NCBI RefSeq assembly: GCF_964188315.1
Contig: NC_135667.1
Span: 11,718,001 to 11,782,000 of the forward strand
Length of the DNA stretch: 64,000 nt
Source: Podarcis muralis
Lineage: Eukaryota
Reading direction: 5' to 3'
Both the position numbers and the translations under genes were made by a program. Numbering within the stretch: position 1 is the stretch's first letter; each line of letters starts with the position of its first letter. The notes below the pieces were generated by a model. That model was not told the origin of the DNA, searched no databases, and saw nothing but the letters and a program-made list of their open reading frames with translations. Shown piece by piece: positions 1 to 13,500 of this stretch.

Positions 1-45
<45 letters not shown>

Positions 46-46
46 G
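1..46. repeat. (ATT)n microsatellite
   Basis: Direct reading. Confidence 0.95.
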
Positions 47-180
47 ACTACATTCATCCTCGAACATTTCTGAAGGTCAGTGGTGAAAAGTCCTTAAAAC
101 AGATGTGGATGTGTGAGATTTACATGTAAAGATTCAGACTTGTATACAAGCTGGACATATGCCTTAAGATAAATCAGTAC

Positions 181-1047
181 CTGCCAGGCTTCCATATTTT
201 GTGGAGACAAGCTGCCTCTGACCTCCTTGTGGCTGGCTTTAGCTGAATATGCGATATGTAAGGCATGTGCCAGAGCATACACAGCATTATAGATACTGTA
301 GCTGTGGCCAGTCATGCTCGTCTCAAAATAAGGTGTAGGAAGGCTTTCCAGCATTTCCTCTTCTGTACATATTTTTCCAGTGATTGTGGAGTTTGAAAAT
401 GAACATCCAAATGCTTGTTGCCAGAAATCTTTTATAAAGCCATCTTCCTTTGCCCAATTAGGATATACACCCCGAAGAAAGTATTTGAAGTCTTGAATCT
501 CCTCTGAGTGAATTGCAAATGAGATAGCACCATGAAATGTCTGTAGATCTGTGGTAATTAAACTTTGCCACCTATATAATGGAAAATCTATTTGGGCTGT
601 GGTAATCCAAACTTTAGCTCTAGATCTGTGTTGAGAAAATATCACTTGCATTATTCTGGATGCTGCTATACTATTCCCTGTAAATGTTATGGCTGCACTT
701 TCTCCATATATCAGAACTGCATTGGCTTTGCTTGATATGAAAGCTGGCATTTTAAAGCGTATATTGTCAATCAATTCACGTGCATTGCTGGACAAATGCA
801 TTGTTTTTTTGCTTCTGTCTGTGAATGCTGAACAGATTCCATTCTTGAAAAGCATTGGCTCTATCGTTTGCAAGAAACGTTCTCCACCTTCATCATCCTG
901 AGCAATGAGCCCTACCCATTTCCATTTGAAGTGCTGAAATAACTCAATGATTCCTTGGTACTGAAGGTCTTCATTAGGAACCATACGGTAAAATGAAATT
1001 AAATGAGCTGGATAATTCAGTGTTGGTTGAAATGAACCAAATGAAAT
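181..1047 (-). CDS. Vmn2r: V2R A exon 3
   Basis: ISFGSF...SFYRMVPNE...EAWQ|gt; 867 bp, open. Confidence 0.93.
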
Positions 1048-2350
1048 CTAAAGGGAAAGAAAAACACAGACATTTTGGAGTGGTAACAAAGGTCATTATA
1101 TTCTCATTTACATAATTATTTTCATAAAGTTACGATCCTATATATCCCCAATGTTCTTCTATTTAGGATGATGTCCCCTACTTTTTACATTCACACAGTA
1201 GTTTTCCATTCAATATTCACCCCTCCAACATTTGGAGCAACTTTTGGTGAAATTTGGTGAATTGTGGGGGCGATGAGAGGAAAGCCTGATAGTAACAATC
1301 TTCAGTTCCTACCTGTGGACTCTTGTAAAGACCCAGGATATCTGCCATGCAGGAAGAGATGTCAGAACTTAGCCCCCCGATGACTCCTATTACATTTTCC
1401 TGGATGTCACATCTGTAGTTGGGGACAAACTGATGTGATTTAAAGAGCAGGTCCAGAGTGGCACGGTAGGTCATCCCTGCTTTGGCATAGCTGTCATAGA
1501 TGTGGAACCCGAGAGTGATGTTGGGCAAGATCTTGGGATTCTCATTGATCTTGTCAACAGCAAATGCCAAGGACAGGACATGCTGATAGAACTTGGTCAC
1601 CATGCTGCAAATAAAGTCACTTGCTATTTCAGGGGAGAATGAAAACAGTATACTCTGCATCAATTTAGCAGTGTTTGACAAGTCAGCTGCCTAAGTATGG
1701 AGAGAGGGAAGAATCTTCTAAGTTAGTCAAAGTTAGACTGCAATTTTTTAAGCAATGGGGTGGTCAAGAGATTGGTGATATTACAAGTTGTCCATATGTT
1801 TTTGACATCTCATCTGGAAACAATTCCCTCGCAAAGCTGCTTTTAGGGTTGGATCAGAACCTAAAGTAGCCAGAGCCTTCCATTCTCATTTCATCTCTTT
1901 CTGCCACCCAGTTTTCTCTCCCTCTTTCTGCCATCTCTCTTTCCCCTCTCTGAAAATGCCACCTCTCTGAAAACCTGGAGACAATGCACTTAGTTTTGAG
2001 CATTTCATTTTCTGATCAGAAATAGGGTCTTTTCCTGTTTTTCAAAGCAATCAGAGTACATTACAGTCATCCTTAGAATTACAAATATCAGCACAATTAA
2101 AAAGCCTATTTACTTACAATGGGACATCAACCCAGAACTGAGGAGGGTGCTCATTGAAAAGAAGTTTGGGGAAAATGTAATTGATATGAGTTGCTACCCC
2201 ACCAATGAGGAGATCTCCAGACTCGTACCACTCATGCGGAATATACACAGCACTGTTTCTTACACACTTAATAGTATTCACTTTGGATACCATATTTGAG
2301 AGAAGAAGCAGGCAAAGCAGCATCATGACATTAAACTCCCCCCTGAACAT
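181..2350 (-). CDS. Vmn2r: V2R gene A, exons 1-3 (exons 4-6 lie beyond the left edge)
   Basis: Exons 2350-2118 (233 bp), 1604-1313 (292 bp) and 1047-181 (867 bp). All have GT/AG sites, consistent phases and no stops. Motifs include [34 protein letters not shown] and WITTAQ. Confidence 0.93.
1313..1604 (-). CDS. Vmn2r: V2R A exon 2
   Basis: ttgcag|C ATG GTG ACC AAG...CCACAG|gt; 292 bp. Confidence 0.93.
2118..2350 (-). CDS. Vmn2r: V2R A exon 1 (signal peptide and VFT start)
   Basis: MFRGEFNVMMLLCLLLL...GDLLIGG...DVP, followed by a GT donor at 2117. Confidence 0.9.
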
Positions 2351-3490
2351 GGACTGTCCTGTTTCAGGCTACAACTCCATTCTGCTCTCTTCTGCCTGAA
2401 CAAAACATGACAACTTGGGTAATAGCTGAACTCTTCTAATGTACTACTCAGAGAAACATTAATGCACCTTATTCATAACCACAGCAGTGTAACAAAATCA
2501 TGGTTTAAATTTGCATGGTTTGAATGACAATTAAGAGACAGAAACTGAACAATCTATGAAAGGATAGGGTGCTTTTTTAATCAAAATGACAGGGCCCCAT
2601 TTCTCTGTCCCCCCCCCTCTCTCATATCTCTAATCTTAGCAGTTTATGGATTTCTGGAGTACTTAAAACCATTTTTGACTTGAATTCTTTCCTTTCACAC
2701 ACACACATTGGAGCTTTCATCTTCTTGTGATTTCAATTATAGTGTTTTAGATAATTACAGAGAAGATAATCACTTCTGCAATGCATTGGACTGCTGAAAA
2801 TATGTTTGTATAACTACTGCAGAAAACATATTTCTCATACCATAGAATGTATGACTAGACCTCCAACTGTCATTTGGGCCAATGCAAGGTGGTCCACATC
2901 TACTAAAACTCAAAAGTTGGACATCTGCTTTAAAATTCGTCTGTTTAAAATCCTCACTGGTGAGCATATCAGACCCCACCCTATGTAAAGCTAAAGCATC
3001 CTTTTTAAAAATAGAAAATGAAGCATAAATCTATAACACTTAGATTCAGATATAATATTTATGTTCAGTTTTCAACCACCACACCACTGGTCTATGAGGG
3101 CTTCCAATCTGTCACTATATTTGGATGAGATCCAATCACACACCAGAAAATTCAGGTTATACAATTAATGTTGATATTGTGTGCATCTGCAACAACCCTT
3201 CAACAAAACTGTCCCTCCCCAAATCTGACTTTTTATCATAATAAAAATGATGAAGAAACACATCAGAAAATAATATATGCTTGATGCAATGTTCTCAAAC
3301 AAATCAGGATGAACACTCAATTAACAGGTTGTCCTGAAGTGACCTAACAGGGATATATTTGGTAAGGTATACACCAGAACCCTCATACACATATACCGCA
3401 CACAAGAACCTCAACATACTCTTCTGCAAGAAATAGAATAACTGGTGTGGAGATAATAAAACAACCACAACACATGTCTGAACGTGTGTT

Positions 3491-4356
3491 TGTTGCAACC
3501 CTTATTTCCAATAATAAGCACTAACACCTTCCTTTGTGGGGGCTCTTTGCAGGACTGCACGCAGCACCTCGGCCCATGTGGGACCCACCAGCTGGTTGGG
3601 CTGGCCTGCCTCCCTGTGTTAGTCATTGGAGGTTCCCGCCAAACCTCAGTTAGCCAATCAGCCCTTCAAGGAGGTGGGGCCAGTTGCTTAAATAGGAGGT
3701 GGAGGTGGCAGCAACAACCATGCAGTCGGCTCTGGAGGTTCACCCACCCAACCCTCCCTTTGTTTAATGCTTGTTTGCAGGTTAACCATTTTCCTTCCTG
3801 TTCAGCGGGTGCTGCTACGGTCTTTAGATGGTTGCTGTTGAAGAGACAGGAAGGAATTTCTCTGCATTGGCAGGTTTTGCCTTCCGAGTAGCAATTCGTC
3901 ACAACTTTGGCAGTTTTAGGCCTTGGGAGTAATCCTTTAGTCTATCTTCCTTAAATGGTGTGTGTGTGTGAAGTGGTGACACCCCCCCCCCATGATGGTG
4001 ATTCCAGGGTCCTCTCTTAAAGGGGTTTGTAAAATGGGAGTCACTGGCCATACACTGAAAGATTGTCAGTGAACTCCCCTGCGTTGTGTGGATATGGGGT
4101 GGGCTGCCAGAGTACACAAGCGTCTTGCTGTGCACCCTCCCATATCTCATTCACCCTGAGGAGCCCCAGTATCCCTAGCTGGGGGGGCTGGGAGGGATAC
4201 ACACCCTCTGCCTGAGCCAAGGTCTTCCTACATCTGAAAGGTTTAATAAAGTTGTGGCCAATTTTTAATTCCATAACCCGTTGTCATGAGTCATTATTCC
4301 TTTTGGCGGTCTCACGGGGCCGAGGGGGGGGGGCCTCTCCGCCTGGGCACGCAAAA
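3491..4356 (+). mobile_element. Probable solo LTR-like element
   Basis: GC-richer block starting TGTTGCAACCC and ending GGGCACGCAAAA (imperfect inverted termini), with TTAAATA near 3688 and AATAAA near 4245. No convincing TSD. Confidence 0.45.
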
Positions 4357-4479
4357 GTTCTTGCATACCAAGAGCTAAAAAAGAGAGTGGTTTATTACAA
4401 GTAAATATAGTGTACATGCTACTTTTCAAAAAGTCTCACTTGGTGGATCATCACCTTGTTGTGGAAGCATCCTCGGTCA

Positions 4480-5025
4480 AACCACTGGCACCCCTTACAC
4501 AATGTGATTGTCCAAGCTGAAGATCGCCATGATGTGCTCTTTATGAGAGCTATGATGGGTGCTGACGACTGCTGGAGAGGTCACTGATTAATATGCTCCA
4601 TGATGGCTATCAAGATTATACCTCAACACAGGCTTCAAGGATGGAAACCAAGGCGCAAAATGAATATTCAAGCCCTTCAAGATCCTATTAAGTGGGATTG
4701 CTTTCAAATGACTCTTAAGAACCATCTGCTTCCTGGAGCTTCCTGATAACATTGAGGAACACTGGACCAAGCTAAAAACATCCATTATTGCAGTAAACAA
4801 ACTATTGGATGCTAAACAAAGAAACACCAGGACTGGTTTGAGGAGAATGACACTGAGATTGAACATAATATTGACAAGAAAAGGAAGGTCTTTCAGATCT
4901 GGCAAAGAGAAAGAAACTTTGCCACTAAAAAACCACCTATGCCAATGCTTAGGCTGAGGTTCAAAGAAGAACCAGAGAACTAAAGAACACCTGGTGGGTA
5001 AAAAAAAAAGCTCAAGAGATCCTCA
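4480..5025 (+). mobile_element. Degraded RTE-clade LINE fragment (end of endonuclease plus linker)
   Basis: Translates with stops and frameshifts to AMMGADDCWRGH*LI...KHQDWFEENDTEIE..IDKKRK...AEVQRRTRELKNTWWVKKAQEI. Confidence 0.75.
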
Positions 5026-5497
5026 GCTGGGAAAACGATGAAGATGGCTTGATTACTAGAAGCTGAAGCACAGGACAAAGCAATGCAGTGACTTCTGGAA
5101 ACAGAGAAAACAGCTTCTCCTGAGACATGATGGGAACCATCAACAGTTGCAGGAATAAAGGCTACAGCATTATGTGGATGAGAAAAATTATCACACACTG
5201 GAAAGAATAAGGATTACAGCTAAAGTTTCTCACTTGAAACTTTATAAATTACCTATTACACGGACACGAATTGGAATCACAAGATTGTAGCTGTTATAGA
5301 AGGAATTACTATATCAATGGAATGGATTGGAAATTATTAACATTTTGGAATGCAGAAAAAATGTAGAAGAATGAAATCATCAACTCTAACATGTGAGGGT
5401 GCCAGTTTAATTAAATTCTATAATTTGGCATTTGGCATTAATAAGATTATTAATTGGATGAAATTGGTATTGTTGTAATGAGGCTTTTATTGGAAAA

Positions 5498-5502
<5 letters not shown>

Positions 5503-5548
<46 letters not shown>
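5503..5548. repeat. (TA)n microsatellite
   Basis: Direct reading. Confidence 0.95.
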
Positions 5549-5552
<4 letters not shown>

Positions 5553-7330
5553 CAACACTTGGGGAGAACCAGCTTCATCTTCCTGGTACCCAAATTAAAT
5601 GTGTCAGGAGTTAAAACTCATCCCCAGAAACTGGACAGGTTTTTCTGAACAGTTTATCAATTTGATCCTCTTTGGAACTCTCAAGTCAGGAAGTCTGGAA
5701 AGCCACTGTCTGTAGTTTGGTCAAGCTGAATCTAATATAGTAATTTAGATGGTTATGAAGGAGGAAATTCAATATTTTTGGACTGCTGAAAAATTGTGTT
5801 TCAGAAGTGCTGAAACAAACATTCATCACATAGAAGCATGGAGCTGGAACTGTCCTCAGATACCATCTAGTCTGTCATTCCAACCGAAGTGAGGAATTCA
5901 GCACTGCATTATGCCTCTTTTTGTGTTTCTGTGTAGGCTAATGATATAAATGGAACAGAAACACCATTTACTATTTAATGAAAAAAATATTAATTTTGAA
6001 AACTGCATTATTTAGCAATTTTCCATTGTAGATATTATTTATATCCTTTTGTGTTCTGCTCAGGCCTTAGGACAATGAAATAGTATTTGAGGAAAAGCTG
6101 AGATCCAGCAATGGGTAAGAACTCAACACCCATGGAGATATCAAGCACCAGAGCAGTACTCCGAGGGAATAAAAGTGAATAAAGCAGCAAAACAACCACA
6201 GAACTGTCAACAAATGCTAGAACCTTTAGCTTCTGATGACTATTGTTTCTTAGCTTTATTTAGATATTGATTTTCTGAACAACTGACACCAGTGTTCTAG
6301 GGATGTGGAGAGCTGGGCAGGACATGGAGAGACTTATATTGATTTTAAACCCCATTCAGCTGGGTCTTGGGAACTAGGATCCAATTCTAAAAACTTTGGT
6401 GTACATTCATCTACCACCTCAGTTGGGAGTAGGAGGCTTCTGAATGGTGTCTGGAATATGCCAGTGTAATTTATGCCAGTACAAGTTATGCCAGTTTCCT
6501 AGATCTAAGGTTCCTGGGTGCAAGATGTATAGTAGCTTTGACATTTCCATCCCAAGGGTGTACCATTTAATGTTTCCATGCTAGATGTTATGGTGGATGA
6601 TCCACAGTTTAAGCATCTGCCAATATGGACCAACAGAATAAAACAGATATATTTGCTGGATATTATTAATTAACTAATAATTTTTAGATAGTGGGACAAT
6701 GGGGCAGCCTTCCTCAGATGGTGGTAGACTCCCCTTTGTTATAAAAGTTTAAGTAGAGGATGGATGCCCACCTATCAGGATTTGTATAGCAGTGGGTTAC
6801 TTGCATGGGCAAGGGGTGGACTAGGTTATTTTCTAGATAATTTTCAGTTCTAAGATTGTATGATGTAATGGACATGTTTTCTCCAGCAGTTATGCTATGG
6901 ATGATGAACCATGGAGTCGAAACTCATTGCAAAGTAATTCTGTCCTCTGTTATTATATAAATAACTATAATTGCTTCAGTTGGTCAAATCTCCAGGGGCT
7001 TTCTTCTAAAACCATAGTGGGTGATTAATAAGTAAGTCTGGAATTGCATTATGTAGCCCATTGTGTTTTTGTTTTTTGTTTTTTAAAAAGCCAAGTTTAG
7101 GTATAAAGAAGGGGGGTGTCTGTAAATTTCTCTATTTCATTTTAAATCTCAAGCTTCCAACTATGTCCCTTGACAATCTGGATGATGGTGCCCCGGCAGA
7201 GTCTGTTTCCATCCCAGACAGGGTGCAGAAATCAGGCCGGCAGCCTTCATGAGATTGAGAGAAAAGGGGAGTCAGACTGAGAGATTGAGAGAAAAGGGGA
7301 GTCAGCTGCAGAAGTACGTTTGCCACCAGG

Positions 7331-7542
7331 ATGTTGGTGCTGCTTCTGCTTCTACTGCTCCCAAACACAGTGTTCAAAGCACATGCTAGTAAATGCACTG
7401 GAAATAGTCCTGTGCATATTCCACATGAGTGGTATGAGCACAGAAATCTCGTCATTGGTGGGATGGCATCATTCATGCGTTACCTTTTCCCTAAATTTGT
7501 ATTCAACAAGCACCCTTCTAAGGTCTTGTCTGATGTCCCAAC
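7331..7542 (+). CDS. Vmn2r: V2R B exon 1
   Basis: [12 protein letters not shown]...HEWY...IGG; donor AC|gtaag. Confidence 0.9.
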
Positions 7543-10500
7543 GTAAGAAAATTGCCTGGCATTTTATTTTAGTGTTGCTTAGTCTTGATATTTGTATCAC
7601 CAACTGCAGATTGTATTGCTTTCAAAATATATTAGATTTTTTTTAAAAGAAAAATGATAGATGGCTAGATAAGGAAATGAAATACTCAAACACCCATGAG
7701 TGTAAACTGTGCCTTTATGGTCAATTGGACATTTAGAAATATTAACTTTTTATGGTCCAACCAATCTCTGCTCTGATTATCTTATGTAGGTAGGGAGTCT
7801 TCTCAGTATATGAGGGAAGTATGGAAGGGGAAGCATCCCCCCCCAAAAAAATTTGAACACATTCAGCTATATTCAACCTATATAGCTCTGTATTTCATAA
7901 GTAGCAGCTTGCAACCTGAAGGTTATATGTAGTTCTCAGCCTAATTTTATATTGGTGGCAAAGGAGAGAGGATGGAGAAAAGGGAGGTGGCTAAAAAAAA
8001 CCCAGAGTGAGTCAGCTTGAAATCTGAGGACTCTATGTAATCCCCAGCCTAGGTCTATATTGGTGGATGGCAATGGGAAGTAAAGTGGAGGAGAAAGGGA
8101 GTGAGACAGAAAAGTGTGACAGAGGGAGAGGAGATATCAGAAATTAAGAAAGAAAAGGGGGACAGAATGGCTGCAGCTTAATAGGTTCCAGCTTAATAGC
8201 TGGAAGGAGGCAGGGTGGTGATGAGGACACAAAGGTGAGAGAATGAGAGGCTCTGTTGGTGCATTCACATCACATCCCTGCCCTGCCTCACATCATCCAG
8301 GTAAGATTCAGGCAATGGATTACTACTGTCATTATCAACTAACTAGGGAATGCATAGCATAAAAGAGAGAGAAAATAAGGGGAGAGGGGAAAATAACAGT
8401 CCATACTTTATTCCCATTGAATATATTTTTTTCCAAAGAAAAGCTGATATGCAAAAAAAACAAAACTGTTGACTACTACCTGCTTATGATATCAAATGAC
8501 TAGGTTGAATGATGCATTTGTTTTAAGGAATAGGTTGCTAAAGAGAAACCAGCAACCAGGGCAGCAAACAATTTCATGGTACAGCACCAGATGCATTGCA
8601 TGCAAATGCTCCCAAGTATAACCCCAGATGTAAGTCGGCAGGGTTGGGAAAGACCCCTTTTTAAAACCCTGGTGAGTGCCTGGACCTGTTTGAGTATTGT
8701 GCCTTTGGATTGCTGCATTATCGAATTAGGCAAGTTTGATTCAGTCTTCGTTTTGTATGTCTCAGAATGCACATATCCTGGAAACTGTATAGTATGGGTC
8801 ATATATATTGGGTGTCTGTTGTCGTCTAGATGTTGCTGGACTACAGGTTATATATTCCCTCTTCATTTGCCATGCTGGCTGGAGCTGGAGTCAACTAATG
8901 GCCAAAGTTCCCCAACTCCCATATAGACAATGCTGAGATAAAGGGACGCAGAAGAAAGCAGCCTCCAATGTTGTGGTTTCAAACTATTAAAAACCTAGAT
9001 GCTGAAGGTACATGGAAGCCTAGTAGTGCAGTCAGTCTTTTCAGGAACTCTCAGAAACCTTTAGCTATAACCCTGTGACAGACTAGATGCTTCAAGCTGT
9101 AATTATTTCAGAGTGAAGAACAAAATTGATTTTAAAAACCCAAGAAAATATATGCCCCATACTATACAGTTTCCAGAATATGTGAGTTCTGAGACATTCA
9201 AAATGATGTATGTTGGTCCGAAGCCTGAACCAAACTTGCCTAATTTGATAATGTAGAAGTCCAAAGGCACAATACACAGAAGTTACCAACAATACTTTTT
9301 TCCTTATTTTCAACAGGACTTGCCAGATAAATAACTTTTCTGTTTGTAACTTTTCCTTATAGTCAGGCGACTGAATACTGTAGGTGAATACTGTGTGCAG
9401 ACAAATACTGTGATAAAGTGTTTTGTGCATTGGTTAATTATCTGATGACATGTCAACTTCATTTGTAGTGTGGTGACCAAGTTCTACCAGCACATCCTTG
9501 CCCTGGTGTTTGCCATTGATGAGATCAATTATAATCCCAATATCCTGCCCAATGTTACCCTTGGGTTCCACATCTATGACAGCTATACTGATTCTAGGAT
9601 GACCTATCGCACCATTCTGGACCTGCTCTTTAAATCACATCACTTTGTCCCCAACTACAAATGTGGCACCCAGGAAAATGTAATTGGAGTCATCGGTGGA
9701 TTCAGCTCTGATACCTCTTCACGCATGGCAGACATCTTAGGTCTTTTCAAGATTCCACAGGTAGGATCTGAGAATCAGAGAAATGGGGACTTCCCTTAAT
9801 CACCCACCATAAATTAGCCAGCTCCTCTCTTTCTAGTATGATTGATAATGATTGAGTGGTGTAGTAAGAGAGGAGAATTAAAATGAACTGAATGATGTGG
9901 ACTTGTTTTAGCTGGTTGTATGTAAGCCACTGTGGAAGATTTTTTGACTTAAAAGTGAGGAAGAAATTATTGAAACTGTGACGGAAAGCTCAGATAGACC
10001 AGGGTTTGGTGGTGCAGTGCGGCAGAAACCCCCCAAAGTGGTATATCTCACAAAGTGCTGGGTTGGTGACTCATTCAGATTGACTGCAGGTATTATGGAT
10101 GCGACACTTTTGGAGGGGAAAAGAAATGGAGTTGAGGGTTTGGGTTTCTGGAGTTCAACTGGATAGTAGTATAGCCTCTGAGCTGTATGTGTAATTCACC
10201 CTGAGGAAACATCCTGAGCTGGGTGTTCAATTAAAAGACAATCGCTAGAAAATTTTAAGAGTATACAAACAAGTGAGAAATGGGTAGTTGAATTTGAGAA
10301 AGAAGAATTGAAGTTGTGAGGGAAGATTCTACTTGGATTCAGTGAGAAGGGCAAAGATCTTCTGGGTAGAGAGAATAATAACCCCAAACCAGTTAGAAGG
10401 GGAATGTGCAGTGATCCCCTGGCCTGGTATACTCATGGAGGAGCCTCAGGACCCAGATTTATAGAAGGTTGGGAAACTGGCAGAAGGTACAAACTTCTTT

Positions 10501-13500
10501 CAGAACCAAAATATTAAGACCTGAGCAGTAACATGTCTGCAAATAGTTTAAGGAACTGAAGTAAATTTAAGCTATACATTTACCATCTTGTTTAGAAACC
10601 TGTAACATCCATTGAATTTATGTGTGCATGTGCATGTAAATTTTACTGTTACTTGAAAGAATTGATGCATCTGTTGTTTTAACAAGTTTGTTGTAAAATA
10701 AAAACATTTTTCCTGTTTAACATCCCTGTTTCCACAGGCGAGAGTTTTTCTTTAAAAAATGAAATTAGTCAGTAGTAGTAGTAGTAGTAGTAATAATAAT
10801 AATAATAATAATAATAATTTATTTATACCCCACCCATCTGGCTAGTAAGAAGGGACATGCCTCATAAACAAAATAAATAAAAATAAATAAATTAGGCATC
10901 CAACTATGAGTATGAGATGGGAGAGGTTCCAAAAAATGTGTTTTAGATGTGTAGAAAAGAATTGCTGCAAGCCAAATAGGACTGAATAGCTTGAGGAAAA
11001 ATTGATGAAGATAGCGTAAGGAAATTATGTATGTGCAAAAGACAGAATAGTGGCTTTAAAATATTTAGATAAATGGAGAGAAATATGAGCTCCTGTTTCT
11101 ACTCAGCAATGCCTGGCTTTTATTGTTCAGATTTCATATGGCTCTTTTCAACCAGCAGTCAATTATCAAATCAAGTCCCCTTCCTTTTATCGAATGGTTC
11201 CTAGTGAATATTTTCAGTACAAAGGAATTATTCAACTCCTTTTGCATTTCAAGTGGAAATGGGTTGGCCTCATTGCCCAGGATGATGAAGGTGGAGAACA
11301 TTTCTTGCAGACCATAGAGCCAATGCTTTCCCAAAATGGAATCTGTTCTGAATTCACACAAAGAGTTCCAACAAATGTGCGTTTCTCTGAAAATGTGTTC
11401 AAAATGTTGTTGGACCGATTAAATATTCTCCCAGCTGTTCTGGTGGGCAAAGCCAATGCTGTTATTGTATCTGGAGAAAGTGCACCAATCACATGGTTGG
11501 CAAATTCTGTAGCAGCAATCGATTTGTATCGAACAAAGTATCGTCAATATACATTTTCTGCTGTAAAGGTGTGGATTACGACGGCCCAAATTGATTTCAG
11601 AGTGTATAAACTTCAAATGATGAGTGATATTATTAGCCGTATGTTCCATGGTTCCATTTCCTTTACAATTCACTCAAAGGAAATTCAAGATTTCCGGGCC
11701 TTTCTTCAGACAATAAATCCTTCCGAGGCAGATGGAGATGGTTTTATCAACGATTTCTGGGCAGAAGCGTTCAGTTGTTCTGTTTCAGATTCTGCAGGTG
11801 TGTCTACATTCTTCAGACATTCTCCATGTACAGAAGAGGAGATGCTGGAGAGCCTTCCAGCACCATTTTTTGAAATGAGCATGACTGGCCACAGCTACAG
11901 TATCTACAATGCTGTCCATGCTCTGGCACATGCTTTGCATATCATGTACTCAGAAAGAGCCAGCAATAAAGGGATGGATGCCTGGGGAAACCTGTCTTTT
12001 AAGAATGTGGAACCCTGGAAGGTAGTGTTTCCTCAATGACAAATATGAATAATGAACCCCTGGGTATAGCACAGTGATGTGACATGCAGTAGCAAACATG
12101 AAATTGACTACTAAATTCTTACAGTATATGAACACTCCTTGCTTTTCTCATTCTCAGATTCCTTCCCTTAACATTATCTGATTTCATTTAATAGCAATAT
12201 TTTTAACCTCATTTCTCCTTTTGAAGATTCTCTTGATCTTCCTATATTTGCTACCACACTTGTCCTTTGTCAACCCTAATTCACTTCTTGTTGATAAAAC
12301 TCCTCAGTAGACTCATGCTTTACATACCCATGTTTTACGAATCTTGTGAATTAGTTTCTTTTGACAGTGGCAGCAACACGTTTGGGCAGATTTACCTTGA
12401 AACACACACATACAGGTTTAAAATGGGGGTCTTTATTGTACATGCACAGAGAGAATAAAAATATGCACATTAAATGCTTCATGCAAATGGTGTAAGCAGG
12501 ACCACTGAGAGGTAGATAAAGGGGGTGTATATGTTGCGCACAGCCTATGAGTTCTATGTGCGGTGCAACCAGATTCGGATTATTTGGCTGGACTTTTTCA
12601 ATGAAATAAGCCTCATCACACAGCAAGCAGTTCAATGCATGCCACAATTTACAACACAAGGAAATTAATTTCATTTCTTCTTGTGGTTGCTCAACAACCT
12701 ATTGCAGAGAACAAAAATACATTGAATTTTTGAATGGATTTTTTAAAAATGGAACAGGATGAATTTAGTTCAACCCTTGTGTAGAACCAGACCATTGAAA
12801 ATTCCTTTTAAAAAGGAACTAGTTTTACCAGTCCTCAAAGAGGAGGAGGAGAGGAGGAGGAGGAGTTTGGATGTGATATCCCGCTTTATCACTAGCCAAA
12901 GGAGTCTCAAAGCGGCTAACATTCTCCTTTCCCTTCCTCCGCCACAACAAGCACTCTGTGAGGTGAGTGGGGCTGAGAGACCTCAAAGAAGTGTGACTAG
13001 CCCAAGGTCACCCAGCAGCTGCATGTGGAGGAGTGGAGATGCGAACCCGGTTCACCAGATTACGAGTCTACCACTCTTAACCACTACACCACACTGGCTC
13101 TCTGGTCCACAGGTTCCCCATCCCCCCATTAAGCCCCCCCCTTAATATTACGATGTTATAAAATTATCTTTCTCTCTCCACCAAGCTTCACTCATTTCTT
13201 CAGCGAATCTCATTCAATAATAGTGCTGGAGATTTAATAACACTAAATGAACACGGGGAATTGGCAGCTGGATTTGATATTACAAACTTGATCACGTTCC
13301 GTAATAAATCCTACGTCAGAGTGGAAGTGGGCACACTGGATCCTCGCAATCCTCCTGGGAAAGAGCTGACCATTTTTGAGGACCGAGTCGAATGGCACAA
13401 AGGCTTGAATCAGGTTTCAAGTATCAGCTTCATGGTCTTACAATGAATTGGGAGGGTAATAGATGTAAATAAAATGATGGAGGAATTCATTCATATAACG

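Noticed and set aside
689-901. Recurrent antisense ORFs over V2R exons (e.g. 11232-11492, 22611-22841, 27954-28286)
   Set aside because: They are shadows of conserved sense-strand codons; similarity between them follows from paralogy.
5190-5500. Possible L1 ORF2 remnant
   Set aside because: No diagnostic motif could be read with confidence.
9977-10740. Possible LTR starting TGTGAC in intron 2 of B
   Set aside because: No matching right terminus or TSD could be found.
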